Source of the DNA: Phenylobacterium sp.
Lineage (GTDB): Bacteria; Pseudomonadota; Alphaproteobacteria; Caulobacterales; Caulobacteraceae
Direction: 5' to 3'
DNA: 64,000 nucleotides
Assembly: GCA_028290945.1 (NCBI GenBank)
Contig: JAQGIV010000084.1
Location: forward strand, 11,908 to 75,907
Shown here one piece after another: positions 7,019 to 15,819 of the stretch (the first letter of the stretch is position 1; each line of letters opens with the position of its first letter). The notes beneath the pieces were generated by a model. That model was not told the DNA's origin. It saw only the letters and a program-made list of their open reading frames with translations, and ran no database searches. A program made the translations under genes and the position numbers.

Positions 7019-8002
7019 ATGGCGAAATGGGCGCTGGTGGCGCACGGCGGGGCGGGCGTCATCGAGCGTGACCAGCTGCGGCCCGAGCAGGATGCGGCCT
7101 ATCGCGAGGCCATGGGCCGGGTGGCGCAGGCCGGCGCGGCGGTGCTGAAGGCCGGCGGCGCGGCGCTGGACGCCGTCGAGGCGGCGATCCGAATCCTGGA
7201 AGACGACCCGCTGTTCAACGCCGGCCGTGGCGCGGTGTTCACCGCTGAGGGCGACATCGAGCTCGACGCCTCGATCATGGAGGGCGGCAGGCTGGAAGCC
7301 GGCGCCGTGGCGGGCCTGCGGCGCACGCGGCATCCGATCTCGGCGGCCCGCGCCGTGATGGCCCATTCGCCGCACGTGTTCCTGGGCGGCGAGGGCGCCG
7401 ACGCCTTCGCCCGCAGCCGCGGCCTGGAGCAGGTCGAGCCGGCGTTCTTCTTCACCGAGCGGCGCTGGACGGCGCTGGTCCGCGAGCTGCAGCGCCAGGG
7501 CCTGCCGATCCCGGCCCGGCCCGCCGGCGCCGCACCGGCCGCGCTCGACGCGCGGGCGGCCCTGGCCCACGACGAGGGCAAGCGCGGCACCGTGGGCGTG
7601 GTCGCCCTCGACACCGAGGGGACGGTGGCGGCGGGAACCTCGACCGGCGGGGTCACCGCCAAGCGCTGGGGCCGGGTGGGCGACTCGCCGATCATCGGGG
7701 CGGGGACCTACGCCACCAACGCGGCCGGCGCGGTCTCGTGCACCGGCGCGGGGGAATATTTCATCCGGCTCGCGGTGGCCCGAACGATCTGCGCGCTGGT
7801 CGAGCTGAAGGGCCTCACCCTGCAGGCGGCCGCCGACCAGGTGGTGCAGCGCGACCTCACGCGCCTCGGCGGCGAGGGCGGGGTGATCGCCGTGGCGCCC
7901 GACGGCCAGATGGCCTGGAGCTTCAACACCTCGGGCATGTACCGGGCGCGCATCGCCGACGGCGAGGCTATGGTGGTAGGCATCTACAAGGACGATCCGT
8001 GA
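7019..8002 (+). CDS. iaaA: Isoaspartyl peptidase/L-asparaginase (Ntn hydrolase)
   Basis: HGGAG, FNAGRGAV, GTVGVVA, TSTGG, GRVGDSP. Confidence 0.93.
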   Translation: MAKWALVAHGGAGVIERDQLRPEQDAAYREAMGRVAQAGAAVLKAGGAALDAVEAAIRILEDDPLFNAGRGAVFTAEGDIELDASIMEGGRLEAGAVAGLRRTRHPISAARAVMAHSPHVFLGGEGADAFARSRGLEQVEPAFFFTERRWTALVRELQRQGLPIPARPAGAAPAALDARAALAHDEGKRGTVGVVALDTEGTVAAGTSTGGVTAKRWGRVGDSPIIGAGTYATNAAGAVSCTGAGEYFIRLAVARTICALVELKGLTLQAAADQVVQRDLTRLGGEGGVIAVAPDGQMAWSFNTSGMYRARIADGEAMVVGIYKDDP

Positions 8003-8847
8003 TGGCGACTGAGCGCGTCCAGTACATCCTGGATCTCGACGTTGCCAATGAGAGCGATCTATCGCGGTCCGTACTCCTCGCCCTGATCAGTTGCCTGACT
8101 GTTCAGGAGGCTGCCGAACTTCTTGAAGCGGTTGTTTTCCAGCCAGGCATCCGCCGGAGGTATGCCCTGCGACGCGTCGCCGAGGACATGTATGTCGAAG
8201 TGACGCCCGAGCATGAAGGGCTCCTAGCTACTCTTGCAACTGAGCTTTCTCGATCGAATGTACGGGGCGAGTCCATCGGCTATGCCGCATCGACACTCCT
8301 AGAGTCGGCGCCCAAGGAACGGCGAGCGGAGCTTATCCACTCGATGCTCCACCATCGCCGGAAGGATTTGCGAAACCGCGCCTACAAAGCGCTGACGGAC
8401 AAATGGGACGACGCGTTCACGTCTGACCTCTGGCGGAATGTAGAGCAGCACGGCGACCGTCATGCGGCGGCGCTGCTCGCGCAGCACGAGACGGAGGAGC
8501 GCGTTTGGCGCGACTTTGATCTGCTCAAGGCGACGGGCGGCGCCTGGGTTGCGCGCCTCATCCTCTCGCGAGTCTTGGAAGCAGGCATGCAGGTGAATCT
8601 CGATGCCGTGGAGGATGATCCCATCACGCGGACTTACCTCGCAGCGAAGTTTCATCTGCCCATCGATCTTAGACGGGTGGAACAATCGATGGATCATCTG
8701 TTGGAGGACGACCGAGCGGGTCTCCTGATTTGGTCCTTGGGCAAGCTGAAGGCGTGGGACCTAGTTCTGCTGGCAGATAAGCTGTGGCCGGGCGCACAAG
8801 ACCGCGCTCTCCGGCGCTGGATAACGCCTCTTGAGGAAACGACCTGA
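8002..8847 (+). CDS. Hypothetical helical protein with atypical codon usage (281 aa)
   Basis: ATG 8002 overlaps the iaaA stop (TGATG) and its stop overlaps the hmgA start (TGATG); many A/T-ending codons. Confidence 0.7.
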   Translation: MATERVQYILDLDVANESDLSRSVLLALISCLTVQEAAELLEAVVFQPGIRRRYALRRVAEDMYVEVTPEHEGLLATLATELSRSNVRGESIGYAASTLLESAPKERRAELIHSMLHHRRKDLRNRAYKALTDKWDDAFTSDLWRNVEQHGDRHAAALLAQHETEERVWRDFDLLKATGGAWVARLILSRVLEAGMQVNLDAVEDDPITRTYLAAKFHLPIDLRRVEQSMDHLLEDDRAGLLIWSLGKLKAWDLVLLADKLWPGAQDRALRRWITPLEETT

Positions 8848-9980
8848 TGGCGAACCGCAACTGGATCCCGGTCCGTGGCGCTCAAGGGCGCCACTCGCGC
8901 CAGGCCCATGCCGACATGCCGCAAGGCACCTATGAGCGGGAGATCTCCAAGGAGGGGTTCTTCGGCCCGGCCGCCTTCCTCCACCACCAGCGTCCGCCGA
9001 CCGGCTGGGTGAAGTTCGAGGGGCCGCTCAGGCCGCGGGCCTTCGACCTCAACCGGCTGAACGCCGCCGAGCCCAGCCCCTGGGCGGCCGGCAAGGTGCT
9101 CTACAACAATGCCGTCGAGGTGCGGTTCTGGAAGCTGGCGGAGGCCATGCCGGCGCTGGCCCGCAACGCCGACGGCGACCAGCTGCTGTTCGTCCACCAG
9201 GGGGCGGGCGACCTGTTCACCGACTACGGCCACCTCGCCTACCGGGCCGGCGACTACCTGTACCTGCCGCGCGGCACCATGTGGCGGCTGACGCCCGCCG
9301 AGCCCACCGCCATCCTGATGATCCAGGCGACCAACACCCACTTCGGCCTGCCGGACAAGGGCCTGCTGGGCGGCCACGCCCTGTTCGACCCGGCCATGCT
9401 GCAGACGCCGGAGATGGACGAGGCGTTCCGCGCCCATCAGGCGCAGACCGGCGAGTTCGAGGTCGAGATCAAGAAGCGCGGCGAGGTCTCCCGCGTGACC
9501 TATCCGTACAATCCGCTGGACGCCGTCGGCTGGCACGGCGACCTGGCCCCGGTGCGGCTCAACGTCGAGGACCTGCGGCCGGTGTCCAGCCACCGCTATC
9601 ACCTGCCGCCGAGCGTCCACACCACGTTCCTGTCGGACCGCTTCGTGGTCTGCACGTTTGCGCCGCGGCCCTTCGAGACCGATCCAGGGGCGCTGAAGGT
9701 GCCGTTCTTCCACAACAACGACGACTTCGACGAGGTGCTGTTCTACCACGCCGGCGACTTCTTCAGCCGCGACCACATCGAGGCCGGGATGATGACCTTC
9801 CACCCCTCCGGCTTCACCCACGGGCCGCACCCCAAGGCGCTGAAGAACATGCTCAGCCAGCCCAAGGCCGCCACCGACGAATATGCGGTGATGATCGACA
9901 CCCGCGATCCGCTGGAGGTGGGCGAGGCCGCGTCCTCGGTGGAGAACCCGGCCTATGTGGACAGCTGGAAGGGCGGATGA
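8847..9980 (+). CDS. hmgA: Homogentisate 1,2-dioxygenase
   Basis: RNADGD, PLDAVGWHG, HLPPSVH, PFFHNNDDFDEVLFY, FTHGPHP; context with hppD and FAH. Confidence 0.93.
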   Translation: MANRNWIPVRGAQGRHSRQAHADMPQGTYEREISKEGFFGPAAFLHHQRPPTGWVKFEGPLRPRAFDLNRLNAAEPSPWAAGKVLYNNAVEVRFWKLAEAMPALARNADGDQLLFVHQGAGDLFTDYGHLAYRAGDYLYLPRGTMWRLTPAEPTAILMIQATNTHFGLPDKGLLGGHALFDPAMLQTPEMDEAFRAHQAQTGEFEVEIKKRGEVSRVTYPYNPLDAVGWHGDLAPVRLNVEDLRPVSSHRYHLPPSVHTTFLSDRFVVCTFAPRPFETDPGALKVPFFHNNDDFDEVLFYHAGDFFSRDHIEAGMMTFHPSGFTHGPHPKALKNMLSQPKAATDEYAVMIDTRDPLEVGEAASSVENPAYVDSWKGG

Positions 9981-10050
9981 TCCCCCTTCGCCAAGGCTTC
10001 GGGGGACGGGCCTCCTCGATCCTGCGAAGCTCCGCCAGGAGCGTAGGAGG
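9981..10050. repeat. Short palindromic intergenic element (REP/CIR-like)
   Basis: TCCCCCTTCGCCAAGGCTTCGGGGGA hairpin followed by CCTCCT...GCTCC-N4-GGAGC...AGGAGG; resembles dispersed alphaproteobacterial repeats; single copy in window. Confidence 0.5.
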
Positions 10051-10320
10051 ATGAGCGCCTCCGACGACCTGGCGGAGGCGGCCGGCGACGAGATCGACCG
10101 AGCCTGCACGCTGGCCTGGCGCGAGCTCGCCAAGCACACGCCCTGGGGCGACACCTTCGAAGGGTTCACGCCGTTGGGGCGCGCGGTCTGCTTCGAACGC
10201 AGCTATCTGTGGGATGCGCAGCCCGGCGGTGACATCCGCGTCGAAGTGCATGTCTATGAGCCGAAGAACTACGAAGCGGGGGTCAGGCTCACCCGCGCCA
10301 TCAAGCGGGAGACGGTCTGA
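10051..10320 (+). CDS. Hypothetical protein (89 aa)
   Basis: MSASDDLAE...TPWGDTFEGFTP...FERSYLW; fills the operon gap. Confidence 0.7.
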   Translation: MSASDDLAEAAGDEIDRACTLAWRELAKHTPWGDTFEGFTPLGRAVCFERSYLWDAQPGGDIRVEVHVYEPKNYEAGVRLTRAIKRETV

Positions 10321-10323
10321 GGC

Positions 10324-11328
10324 ATGAAGCTGGCATCGCTCAAGGGCGGCCGCGACGGGCGGCTGGTGGTGGTCTCCAAGGACCTCGCCTGGTTCACCGA
10401 CGCCTGGCATATCGCCCCGACATTGCAGGCGGCGCTGGACCGCTGGGCGGCCTGCGAGCCGGACCTGCGGGGCCTCGCCGAAAGCCTGGAGCACGGCTCG
10501 GTGCCGCGCGAGCGGTTCCACGAGCACGCCGCGGCGAGCCCCTTGCCGCGCGCCTACCAGTGGGCCGACGGCTCGGCCTATGTGAACCACGTGCAGCTGG
10601 TGCGGCAGGCCAGGGGCGCCGAGATGCCCGACAGCTTCTGGACCGATCCCCTGATGTACCAGGGCGGCTCCGACGGGTTCCTCGGGCCGCGCGATCCGAT
10701 CCCGCTGAAGGACGAGGCCTGGGGCTGCGACCTGGAGGGCGAGGTGGCGGTGGTCACCGGCGATGTGCCGATGGGCGTCGATCCGATCGCGGCGCTGGCG
10801 CACATCCGGCTGGTCATGCTGTGCAACGACGTGAGCCTGCGCAACCTGATCCCCAATGAACTCGCCAAGGGTTTCGGCTTCTTCCAGGCCAAGCCGGCGT
10901 CGGCCTTCTCGCCGGTGGCGGTGACGCCGGACGAACTGGCCGGCTGGCGCGACGGCAAGCTGCACGGGGCGCTGGAGGTGGAGGTCAACGGCACGCCGCT
11001 GGGCGAAGCCGACGCCGGCGTCGACATGACCTTCGACTTCGGGACCCTGATCGCCCACGCCGCCAAGACCCGCGCGCTGGGCGCCGGGACCATCATCGGC
11101 TCCGGCACGGTCTCCAACCGCGGCCCGGACGGCGGGCCCGGCAAGCCGGTGAGCGAGGGCGGGGTGGGCTATTCCTGCCTGGCGGAGGTCAGGACCATCG
11201 AGACCATCACCTCGGGCGCGGCCAAGACGCCGTTCCTGAAGGCCGGCGACACGGTGCGCATCGACATGCGCGACGCCAAGCGCCACTCGATCTTCGGCGC
11301 CATCGAGCAGGAGGTGGTGGCGGTATGA
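10324..11328 (+). CDS. Fumarylacetoacetate hydrolase family protein
   Basis: PLPRAYQWADGSAY, DPLMYQGGSD, DLEGEVAV, NDVSLRN, GSGTVSN. Confidence 0.92.
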   Translation: MKLASLKGGRDGRLVVVSKDLAWFTDAWHIAPTLQAALDRWAACEPDLRGLAESLEHGSVPRERFHEHAAASPLPRAYQWADGSAYVNHVQLVRQARGAEMPDSFWTDPLMYQGGSDGFLGPRDPIPLKDEAWGCDLEGEVAVVTGDVPMGVDPIAALAHIRLVMLCNDVSLRNLIPNELAKGFGFFQAKPASAFSPVAVTPDELAGWRDGKLHGALEVEVNGTPLGEADAGVDMTFDFGTLIAHAAKTRALGAGTIIGSGTVSNRGPDGGPGKPVSEGGVGYSCLAEVRTIETITSGAAKTPFLKAGDTVRIDMRDAKRHSIFGAIEQEVVAV

Positions 11329-11789
11329 GCGAGGCGGAGCTGCGGCTCGACGCCTATCTGCCGTACCGGCTGTCGGTGGCCTCGAACGCGGTGTCGGGCC
11401 TGATCGCGCGGGCCTACCAGGACCGCTTCGGGCTCAGCGTGCCGCAATGGCGGCTGCTCTGCGTGCTGGCCGAGGACCGCGCCCTGACCCAGGGCCAGCT
11501 GGTCGCCCGCACGGTGATGGACAAGGTGACCGTCAGCCGCTCGGCCCAGGGCCTGCTCAAGCGCCATCTGGTGAGCCGCTCGGAGCACCACGCCGACGGG
11601 CGCAGCCACGTACTGCAGCTGTCGCCGCAAGGCCAGCGGCTCTATGCCGAGATCGCCCCCTTGGCCCTGGCCTACGAACAGGCGCTCATCTCGGGCCTGA
11701 GCCCTGAGGAGGTCGACGACCTCAAGCGCCTGCTGGGCCGGCTGCAGGAGAGCGCGACCGCGCTGGTCGACGCCGATCCGCCGGCCTAA
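11325..11789 (+). CDS. MarR family regulator
   Basis: YLPYRLSVASN...QWR...MDKVTVSR...DGRS. Confidence 0.9.
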   Translation: MSEAELRLDAYLPYRLSVASNAVSGLIARAYQDRFGLSVPQWRLLCVLAEDRALTQGQLVARTVMDKVTVSRSAQGLLKRHLVSRSEHHADGRSHVLQLSPQGQRLYAEIAPLALAYEQALISGLSPEEVDDLKRLLGRLQESATALVDADPPA

Positions 11790-11801
11790 GAGCGACAGCC
11801 A

Positions 11802-11824
11802 GCAAAAGTGGAGGCCACTTTTGC
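11802..11824. terminator. Perfect hairpin between convergent genes (terminator or REP-like)
   Basis: GCAAAAGTGG-AGG-CCACTTTTGC. Confidence 0.55.
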
Positions 11825-11854
11825 GTCCGGCTGCGCGTCAAAGAGACAACTCAG

Positions 11855-12181
11855 CTAGTGGATCATCGCCGGCTCGGGACGGACGCCCCACCGGTGGGAG
11901 CCCTCGCCGAACGGCAGATGGAAGCCGTAGGTCGCCCGCCGACGCTCGTCGCGCCAGTTGTCCTCAAAGGTGTGGATGAGGGCTTCCTGCAGATCTTCCG
12001 GGATCTGTCGGACATCGTGACCCATCGCGCGGGCCACTTGCTCAATCACCAACGCTCGGTGCGCTTCGCCGCCGAACGCCAGCAGGACCTCACGGACGCG
12101 CTTGGCGAGGAGCTGTTTGCTGCCCCTCGCCGGCATTTTGCCGGTCGCGACGTCTGAGGTGTGTTCCAGGTTTTTTCCCAT
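11855..12181 (-). CDS. Hypothetical protein (possible winged-helix-like; start uncertain)
   Basis: ORF convergent on marR: VREVLLAFGGEAHR...FHLPFGEGSHRWG. Confidence 0.65.
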   Translation of the reverse strand: MGKNLEHTSDVATGKMPARGSKQLLAKRVREVLLAFGGEAHRALVIEQVARAMGHDVRQIPEDLQEALIHTFEDNWRDERRRATYGFHLPFGEGSHRWGVRPEPAMIH

Positions 12182-12280
12182 GACAGGGACCAATTTGCAC
12201 AGTCGCGTTTAGCGCCCGGTTAAGCGTCAAGGCGAATAGTTGGTTAATGCAGCCGTCAGTTGTGCGGCGGTTTCGTGACG

Positions 12281-14212
12281 CTAGCCGAGCCCTGAGGCGC
12301 GGGCGATCTGGTAGGTGGCGAAGGCGGCGAGATAGGCCAACGCGGTCATGTAGCCGAAGGCGATCAGCGGCCATTTCCAGGAATTGGTCTCGCGCTTGAT
12401 GACCGCCAGCGTCGAGATGCACTGCGGCGCGAAGATGTACCAGGCGAGGAAGGCCAGGCCCGTGGCGATCGACCAGTGGTGGGCGAGCGAGGTGGCCAGC
12501 GCGCCGGGCGAGGTCTCGCCGCCCACCGCATAGACCGTGCCCAGCACCGCCACGGCGACCTCGCGGGCCGCGAAGCCGGGGATCAGGGCGACGGTCATCT
12601 GCCAGTTGAAGCCGATGGGGGCGAGGCCGGGCTGCAGCCAGTGGCCGATCACGCCCGCCAGGCTGTAGTTGATCGCCGGGCCGGTGGCGCCGGGCGGCGG
12701 GCCGGGGAAGTTGGCCAGGAACCAGACCACAATCATCAGGGGCAGGATGATGCGGCCGGCCCGGCTGACGAAGATCTTGGCGCGCAGCCACAGACTGCGG
12801 ACCACGTTCTCGATGTCCGGCAGCTTGTAGGTCGGCAGCTCCATCAGGAACGGCTCGACCGCGCCGCGCCAGAAGAGGCGCCGGGTGACGAAGGAGACGG
12901 CCAGCGCCGAGCCGATGCCGGCGGCGTAGAGCCCGAACATCACCAGGCCCTGCTCGCTCATCACCCCCCACACCGTCCGGTTCGGGATGAAGGCCGAGAT
13001 GATCAGGGTATAGACCGGGATCCTGGCCGAGCAGGTCATCAGCGGCGCCAGCAGGATGGTGGTCAGCCGGTCGCGCTTGTTGTCGATCACCCGGGTGGCC
13101 ATGATCCCCGGGATGGCGCAGGCGAAGCTGGAGAGCAGCGGGATGAAGGCGCGTCCGTGCAGGCCGGCGCCGCCCATGATGCGGTCCATCAGGAAGGCCG
13201 CGCGGGCCATGTAGCCGAAGTCTTCCAACAGGATGATGAACAGGAACAGCACCAGGATCTGCGGCAGGAACACCAGCACGCTGCCGACGCCGGAGATCAG
13301 GCCGTCGGTGAGGAAGCCGCGGATCAGGCCCTCGGGCAGGCCCGAGGCGATCAGCCCGCCCAGCGCCTGGAAGCCCAGGTCGATGGCGTCCTGCGCGGGC
13401 TTGGCCCAGGTGAACACCGCCTGGAACATCAGGAACAGTACGGTCAGCAGGATGGCCAGGCCGGCCACCGGGTGCAGCAGCACGGCATCGATCTTGCCGG
13501 TCAGGGTGTCGGGGCGCTCGGGCGGCAGCACATAGGCCTTGAGGATGCGCTGCGCCTCGCGGTGCGCCTGGCGGATCGCGTGGGCGTCCGGCTCGCGCCA
13601 GGTGCTCTGGCGCTGCAGCGCGCCGGAGCGGGCGAGCGCGTCGACCTGGGCGACCAGCTCCTCAATGCCGCGCTTGCGGGTGGCGACGGTGGTGACGATC
13701 GGGCAGCCGAGCTCGAGGGCCAGGCCCTCGAGGTCGATGCGCAGGCCCTGGCGCTGGGCGATGTCGTACATGTTGAGCGCCAGCACCATCGGCCGGCCGA
13801 CCGCCTTCAGCTCGAGGATCAGCCGCAGGACAAGGCGCAGGTTGGTGGCGTCGGCCACGGCCACCAACACGTCGGGGGCCTGCTCGCCGGCCAGCTTGCC
13901 GAGCACCGCGTCGCGGGTGACCACCTCGTCGGGACTGCGGGCGCGCAGGGAGTAGGTGCCGGGCAGGTCGAGGATCGAGAGGGTGCGGCCCTCCGGCGTG
14001 GTCAGCAGGCCCTCCTTCCGCTCGACGGTGACGCCGGCGTAGTTGGCGACCTTCTGGCGGGCGCCGGTCAGCGCGTTGAAGAGGGCGGTCTTGCCGGAAT
14101 TGGGATTGCCGACCAGGGCCACGCGGGCTGGCCCCGATCGGGCCAGAGGCCCGGTCGAATCTTTGCTTGGAGTCCCGCCGCCGAAGGCGGGCGGGTGGAC
14201 AGCGTCGGTCAT
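12281..14212 (-). CDS. feoB: Ferrous iron transporter B
   Basis: GNPNSGKT, NYAGVTVE, DLPG, NMYD, GYMARAAF, MTCSARIP; ATG overlaps the feoA stop. Confidence 0.95.
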   Translation of the reverse strand: MTDAVHPPAFGGGTPSKDSTGPLARSGPARVALVGNPNSGKTALFNALTGARQKVANYAGVTVERKEGLLTTPEGRTLSILDLPGTYSLRARSPDEVVTRDAVLGKLAGEQAPDVLVAVADATNLRLVLRLILELKAVGRPMVLALNMYDIAQRQGLRIDLEGLALELGCPIVTTVATRKRGIEELVAQVDALARSGALQRQSTWREPDAHAIRQAHREAQRILKAYVLPPERPDTLTGKIDAVLLHPVAGLAILLTVLFLMFQAVFTWAKPAQDAIDLGFQALGGLIASGLPEGLIRGFLTDGLISGVGSVLVFLPQILVLFLFIILLEDFGYMARAAFLMDRIMGGAGLHGRAFIPLLSSFACAIPGIMATRVIDNKRDRLTTILLAPLMTCSARIPVYTLIISAFIPNRTVWGVMSEQGLVMFGLYAAGIGSALAVSFVTRRLFWRGAVEPFLMELPTYKLPDIENVVRSLWLRAKIFVSRAGRIILPLMIVVWFLANFPGPPPGATGPAINYSLAGVIGHWLQPGLAPIGFNWQMTVALIPGFAAREVAVAVLGTVYAVGGETSPGALATSLAHHWSIATGLAFLAWYIFAPQCISTLAVIKRETNSWKWPLIAFGYMTALAYLAAFATYQIARASGLG

Positions 14213-14547
14213 TGGGCGTCCAGCAGGACCCAGATGTCCTCGGCGTCGCGGCGGCGCAGCGCGATGCGCATGGAATCCAGCCTGACGGCGATGGGATCGC
14301 GGCGGATCGCGCCCTCGTGCAGGATCTCGATGCCGGCGCCTTCCACGAAGCCGAACTCCAGGAGCCGGCGCTGCAGCTCGTCGACGCCCACGCCGTGGTC
14401 GCCGGGATGGGTCTCGGCCCGCACCTCGACGATGACGCCGCGGTCGCCGGGCCGCGCCTGGCTGAGGCGCACGAGCCGGCCGTCCGCCTGGCCGACCGCT
14501 TGGGCGGCGGCGTCGGGGGTCATAGGCTCGGGCAGCATGTCGTGCAT
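14209..14547 (-). CDS. feoA: Ferrous iron transport protein A (start uncertain, 14523-14547)
   Basis: RRLLEFGFVEG...DPIAVRL...IALRR. Confidence 0.9.
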   Translation of the reverse strand: MHDMLPEPMTPDAAAQAVGQADGRLVRLSQARPGDRGVIVEVRAETHPGDHGVGVDELQRRLLEFGFVEGAGIEILHEGAIRRDPIAVRLDSMRIALRRRDAEDIWVLLDAQ

Positions 14548-14566
14548 CGGCGGGGCGGTCCTGCAC

Positions 14567-14584
14567 TTGCGACTGATTATCATT
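14567..14584. promoter_or_regulatory. Probable Fur-type iron box upstream of feoAB
   Basis: TTGCGACTGATTATCATT, an AT-rich imperfect dyad directly 5' of feoA. Confidence 0.6.
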
Positions 14585-14726
14585 TACGCATTTGGGAGCC
14601 AAAGCACAAGGGCGACAGCGCGCCAGGCGGCCGTTGGAGCCCGGCCGCGGAGACGGCGCTGCTAAGCTCTCTTGCGAGATTGGCTATGCGACGGATAAGG
14701 AAGACGGGCTTCTCAGGGCGAGCGAC

Positions 14727-15758
14727 GTGTCCACGGTCACCATCGACGACGTTGCCAGGCTTGCGGGCGTTTCCATCAAGACCGTTTCGCGGGTGCTCAA
14801 CCGCGAGCCCTATGTGCGGGACTCCACGCGTGAACGCGTCGAGGCCGCCGCGGCCCAGCTGGACTACACGCCCAATGTCTCGGCCCGGGCGCTGGCCGGC
14901 GGCCGCTCCTACCTGATCGCGCTCTATTACGACAACCCGAGCCCCGGCTATGTCGGGCAGATCGAGCAGGGGGCCATGGCCGCCTGCCGCCGCGCCGGGC
15001 ACCACCTGATCGTCGAGGAGATGCTGGAGATGGGGGCCGGCGTGCAGGACAGCATCGCCGCCTTCCACGCCCGCGTGCGCCCCGACGGCGTGATCCTGAC
15101 GCCCCCCCTGTGCGACCGGCCCGAACTGCTGGCCGCGCTCGACGCCGTGAACGCCGCCTATGTGCGCATCGCGCCCTCCTGGGGGCTGGAGCGCAGCCCC
15201 TATGTCTATATGGACGACCGCGAGGCGGCCTATGAGATGACCGCCTATCTGCAGTCCCTGGGCCACCGCGACATCGCCTTCATCGGCGGGCCGCTCGACC
15301 ACGTCGCCGCCGCGCGCCGCACCGAGGGCTTCTCCGACGCCATGGCCGCGGCCGGCCTGGCGGTCGGCCCCGGACGCATCCAGCGCGGCGAATTCAGCTT
15401 CCGCTCGGGCTGGGAGGCCGGCGAGCGGCTGCTGCAGGATCCGCAGCGGCGGCCCACTGCGATCTTCGCCGGCAACGACGACATGGCGCTGGGGGTCATG
15501 GCGGTGGCCAACCGCCTGCACATCGAGATTCCGCGCGACCTGACCCTCGTGGGGTTCGACGATTCGCCCAGCGCCCAGGTGGTCTGGCCGCAGCTCACCA
15601 CGGTGCGCCAGCCGACGGCGGAAATGGCCGCTGTCGCCGCCGACATCCTGATCAAGCGCAAGGCGGCCGACAAGGACGCCCGCGGCCGGCTGCTGGACTT
15701 CAAGCTGGTGATCCGCGAGTCCTCCGGGCCGCCGCGCGGCGCCGGCGCCGCTTCCTGA
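14727..15758 (+). CDS. LacI family regulator
   Basis: VTIDDVARLAGVSIKTVSRVLN...YTPNVSARAL; periplasmic-binding-like C-terminus; GTG start. Confidence 0.95.
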   Translation: MSTVTIDDVARLAGVSIKTVSRVLNREPYVRDSTRERVEAAAAQLDYTPNVSARALAGGRSYLIALYYDNPSPGYVGQIEQGAMAACRRAGHHLIVEEMLEMGAGVQDSIAAFHARVRPDGVILTPPLCDRPELLAALDAVNAAYVRIAPSWGLERSPYVYMDDREAAYEMTAYLQSLGHRDIAFIGGPLDHVAAARRTEGFSDAMAAAGLAVGPGRIQRGEFSFRSGWEAGERLLQDPQRRPTAIFAGNDDMALGVMAVANRLHIEIPRDLTLVGFDDSPSAQVVWPQLTTVRQPTAEMAAVAADILIKRKAADKDARGRLLDFKLVIRESSGPPRGAGAAS

Positions 15759-15798
15759 GGCCGCAGGCTTGACCCGCTCATCCCGCAGGTTCGCGACT

Positions 15799-15810
15799 GA
15801 CAGCGCTGTC
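15799..15810. promoter_or_regulatory. LacI-type operator 1
   Basis: Perfect palindrome GACAGCGCTGTC; same 12-mer at 22604, 22915, 32179. Confidence 0.8.
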
Positions 15811-15819
15811 CGAGGTGGC

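Noticed and set aside
14614-14662. Partial GACAGCGC / GACGGCGCTG matches upstream of lacI
   Set aside because: Several mismatches to the 12-bp palindrome in GC-rich DNA; autoregulation possible but unsupported
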